DNA of 64,000 nt from an uncultured delta proteobacterium (lineage in GTDB: Bacteria; Myxococcota; Myxococcia; Myxococcales; Anaeromyxobacteraceae): positions 32,001 to 96,000 of the forward strand of contig CAWHDZ010000017.1 of assembly GCA_963828255.1 (NCBI GenBank), read 5' to 3'. Under the pieces are notes generated by a model. It did not search any database. It saw only the letters and a program-made list of their open reading frames with translations, and was not told where the DNA came from. The translations under genes were made by a program, and so were the position numbers. Positions 61,341-64,000 of this stretch are shown piece by piece (position 1 is the first letter of the stretch; every line of letters starts with the position of its first letter).

Positions 61341-64000
61341 CTACTGGCAGGCGGTGCCGGTCTTGCTGGCGTCGTGCCGGCAGTCGTGGAGCTGGCGCGG
61401 AACCTCCAGCCAGTAGACCGGCTCGGCGATGTCGCTGCGGGTGCCGGGCTGGATCGACGTGGGAGAGGCGCCCGGGTCGATCTGCAGCGACGAGTAGCCC
61501 ACCTCGCCCTTGGCGCTCACCGCCACCCGGAAGATCCCGCCCGAGGGCGGGGCCACCGTGTCCCGCTGGGAGGCCCGGTAGAGGAGGGGGTCGGGGGAGG
61601 CGCTGTATCCGCACGAGCCGCTCGGGACGCCTGACACGTAGTTGGCGGCATATCCGTAGACGAGCGGCGTGCCGACACTCCCACTGCACGGGTCACTTCC
61701 CGACTGCGCGCCCACGGGGACGAAGCCGTTCCAGACGGTGCACCCGAAGACGATGCTGGCCTGGGAGCCGGTCTTCTCGTTCTTGCAGGCCGAGAGATCT
61801 CCACAGTTGGCGGCTCCGACCGGGCAGGTGTCCCCGTACTCGTAGAACCAGCCCGGGTCGTCGGGCGTCGCCGAGCACGACGTCGGGACGACCCCGTCCG
61901 GGCGCGTGGAGCAGGTGGGGGTGGGCTCGCCCACCCGGGTCACCGCCCAGGTGGTGTCCACGAGGTTGCATCGGCCCGGGGTGGACGTGCAGGCGCCGGA
62001 CTGGACGAACGAGGTCGCCGTGTCGGTGTAGCGGTTGGCCTCGAACACCCTGGCGCTCGCTGCGTCGTCGAAGATCTTCTCCGCGTAGCGTCCGTAGGCG
62101 AGCACGCCGAAGAAGCGGTTCTTGGGGCACTGGCCCGCGAACGAGGCGACCACCGAGGCGTCGCCCACGCTGGTGAGCGTGCCGCAGAGCCCGTCCACGT
62201 CGCAGGAGAGGGTCCCCGTGTCGGTGCGCGCGGGGACGTTCGGGCAGGTGAAGCCGAGCGTGACCGTCGAGGTGAACGCATTTCCCGGGCTGGCCGCGCA
62301 TTCCGCGGTTCCCGTGCAGGTGCTCGTGACGGAGTCGCGCATCATCTTCCCGGATTCGCAGCGGAAGTGGTTGGTGAACCCGCACGCACCGTATCCGTCC
62401 ACGGAGGTGGCGTCGGTCACCGAGCAGCCGCCGCGGCAGCACCCGAGCAGGTTGTCCGGCCCGCAGGCCTCTCCCTGCTGCATGATCCGCTCACGGTTGC
62501 CGCTTCCCGTGTAGACGTGCAGGGCCCGGTTCTGGGGCTCGAAGGCGTTGGCCGTCATGAAGAAGAACGGGGCGCGCCCGGACGCGTACTGCAGGTCGTC
62601 GCTCCTCCGCTGCTGCTCGAAGGTCCGCGCGGCGTGCCAGTTCGTCACCCGGCCGGTGGCCGGGTTGATGCGGCCGGGCTCCAGGAAGCGGGCCACGAAG
62701 AGGCTGCCGCCCATGTCGCCCCAGGTGGCGGTGTCGAAGTAGCCGTCACCGTCGAAGCTGGGCTGGGCCGGGTCGCCGATGTCCATGAGCGCCACCGCCG
62801 CGGGGATGGAATACATGCTGGTGCCGTTCCCGTAGCCGTTCTGGGCCTTGAAGTCGTCGTCGGTGAAGCGCCACACCACGCCTCCCGTCCACACGTCCAC
62901 CATCCAGACCGCGTTGCCGCCCCCGAGGGTGGGGTCGTAGCCGCCGTTCAGCATGGCGATCCAGCGCTCCTCGAAGTCGCGACGGTTCAAGGTGTCCGTC
63001 TGCCCCTCTGGAAGGGCCAGGCGCACCGGTCCAACCGGCGCCGGACGGGGGAGAAGTCGGACCAGGACTGTCCCATCCACTGGACGTCCTCCGAGCCCGG
63101 GGGAGGGAAGGTCCAGAGCATCCGCGGCGCCTCCACGTCGGTCACGTCGAGGGCGATGAACTGCGTCCCGCCGGCCCGCTCGGAGAAGATGGCCACCGAG
63201 TGGAACTCGCTCCTCTCCTTCGTTCGATTGGTGTTGGCATCCACCCAGACGTCGCGGGACATGATGTTCCCGTCCACGGTGTACTGGTGCTTGTCGCCCA
63301 TCAGGTCCTTGAGCCGGGGCAGCATGTCCGGGGGGACGAAGGCCCAGCGCTCCTCGCCCGTTCCGGTGGTGTAGGGGACGTTGCAGTTCAGGTCCCGCGT
63401 CGCGGAGAGGACCGGAGAGCCGGCGTCGAAGGCGTGCAGCATCCCGTCGTTCGAGCCGACCAGGAGGACGCGCCTCCGGTCGCGGTTGTCGAAGCGCCAG
63501 GCCTCGTAGGCGTCCACCTCCAGGTCCTGCAGGCCGTGTAGCTCTCGTAGGCGGTCTGCTGGCGGAGCGCGGGGGGGCTGTGGATGGTGGCGACGCACTG
63601 GTTGTCGTAGCCGGTGTCGCAGACCGCCTCCAGGACGGGGGGCTTCACCACGACCGGGGAGGAGTGGAAGATGTCCCCGAGCTTCCAGAAGACCGGGGTG
63701 GTGCGTGCGTCGTTGGGGCGGTCCCGCTCCTCCCCCAGGATGCCGGAGGGGCAGGAGGTCGGGTTCCGGGTCGTCCCCGTCCACCCCCGGTCCGGGCCGT
63801 AGCAGCTGTTGCCGTTGTTGTCGGTGACGTCCCACCCGCGCACGAAGTGGATCACCTGCCGCGCGCAGAGGTTCCGGAAGTCGGTGGCGTCGGTGGGGCA
63901 GGGCGGGACGCCAGCCTCGCCGGTTCCGCACACCTTGGCCCGGGAGTTCAGCATGTTCGTGCACCAGGCCGTGGTCAGGTTCATGAACGGCGCGAGCTTG
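61341..64000 (-). CDS. pilY1: PilY1-like pilus tip adhesin (beta-propeller), 5' part outside the window, frameshifts near 63050 and 63530
   Basis: KLGDIFHSSPVVV, VGSNDGMLHAF, GEERWAFVP, YTVDG, ALDVTD, GQSWS, DGDGYFDTATWGDMGG over three frames; Cys-rich. Confidence 0.82.

Noticed and set aside
63040..63540. pilY1 as a true pseudogene
   Set aside because: Two isolated shifts with all motifs intact; cannot be distinguished from consensus errors without reads.

Overview
High-GC bacterial DNA. Gene content (pilB-pilT-pilC-pilS-pilR after ribF, argJ-argB fusion, integrase at tRNA-Asp/tRNA-Val) points to a myxobacterium, probably Anaeromyxobacter-like; this is an inference. About 1-23.2 kb is accessory DNA built up at the 3' end of tRNA-Asp(GTC). 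It holds a probable copper-uptake cluster (MbnP, heavily frameshifted MbnH, OprC-like TonB receptor, FN3 lipoprotein with a Cys/Met motif), a cfa-like methyltransferase plus FAD reductase pair, gene remnants, and a 7.7-kb integrated element. That element carries a replication-relaxation protein, an excisionase, a tyrosine integrase that runs through the att site, and toxin-antitoxin genes. It is bounded by a 443-bp direct repeat. About 23.2-64 kb is mostly core genome: rapA, hutF, argE, dapF, a WYL pair, the arg operon, tRNA-Leu, dsbD, iscS, nucleoside salvage genes, ribF, type IV pilus genes and a partial pilY1. The most unusual locus is 29.45-30.33 kb. There a stand-alone four-helix-bundle (Avd/IVP-like) gene has a ~20-bp hairpin covering its RBS, preceded by two perfect, quasi-complementary hexamer arrays of 28 and 30 units. 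Several frameshifts (argC, pilY1, mbnH) may be sequencing errors. All calls come from motif recognition by eye; no searches were run.
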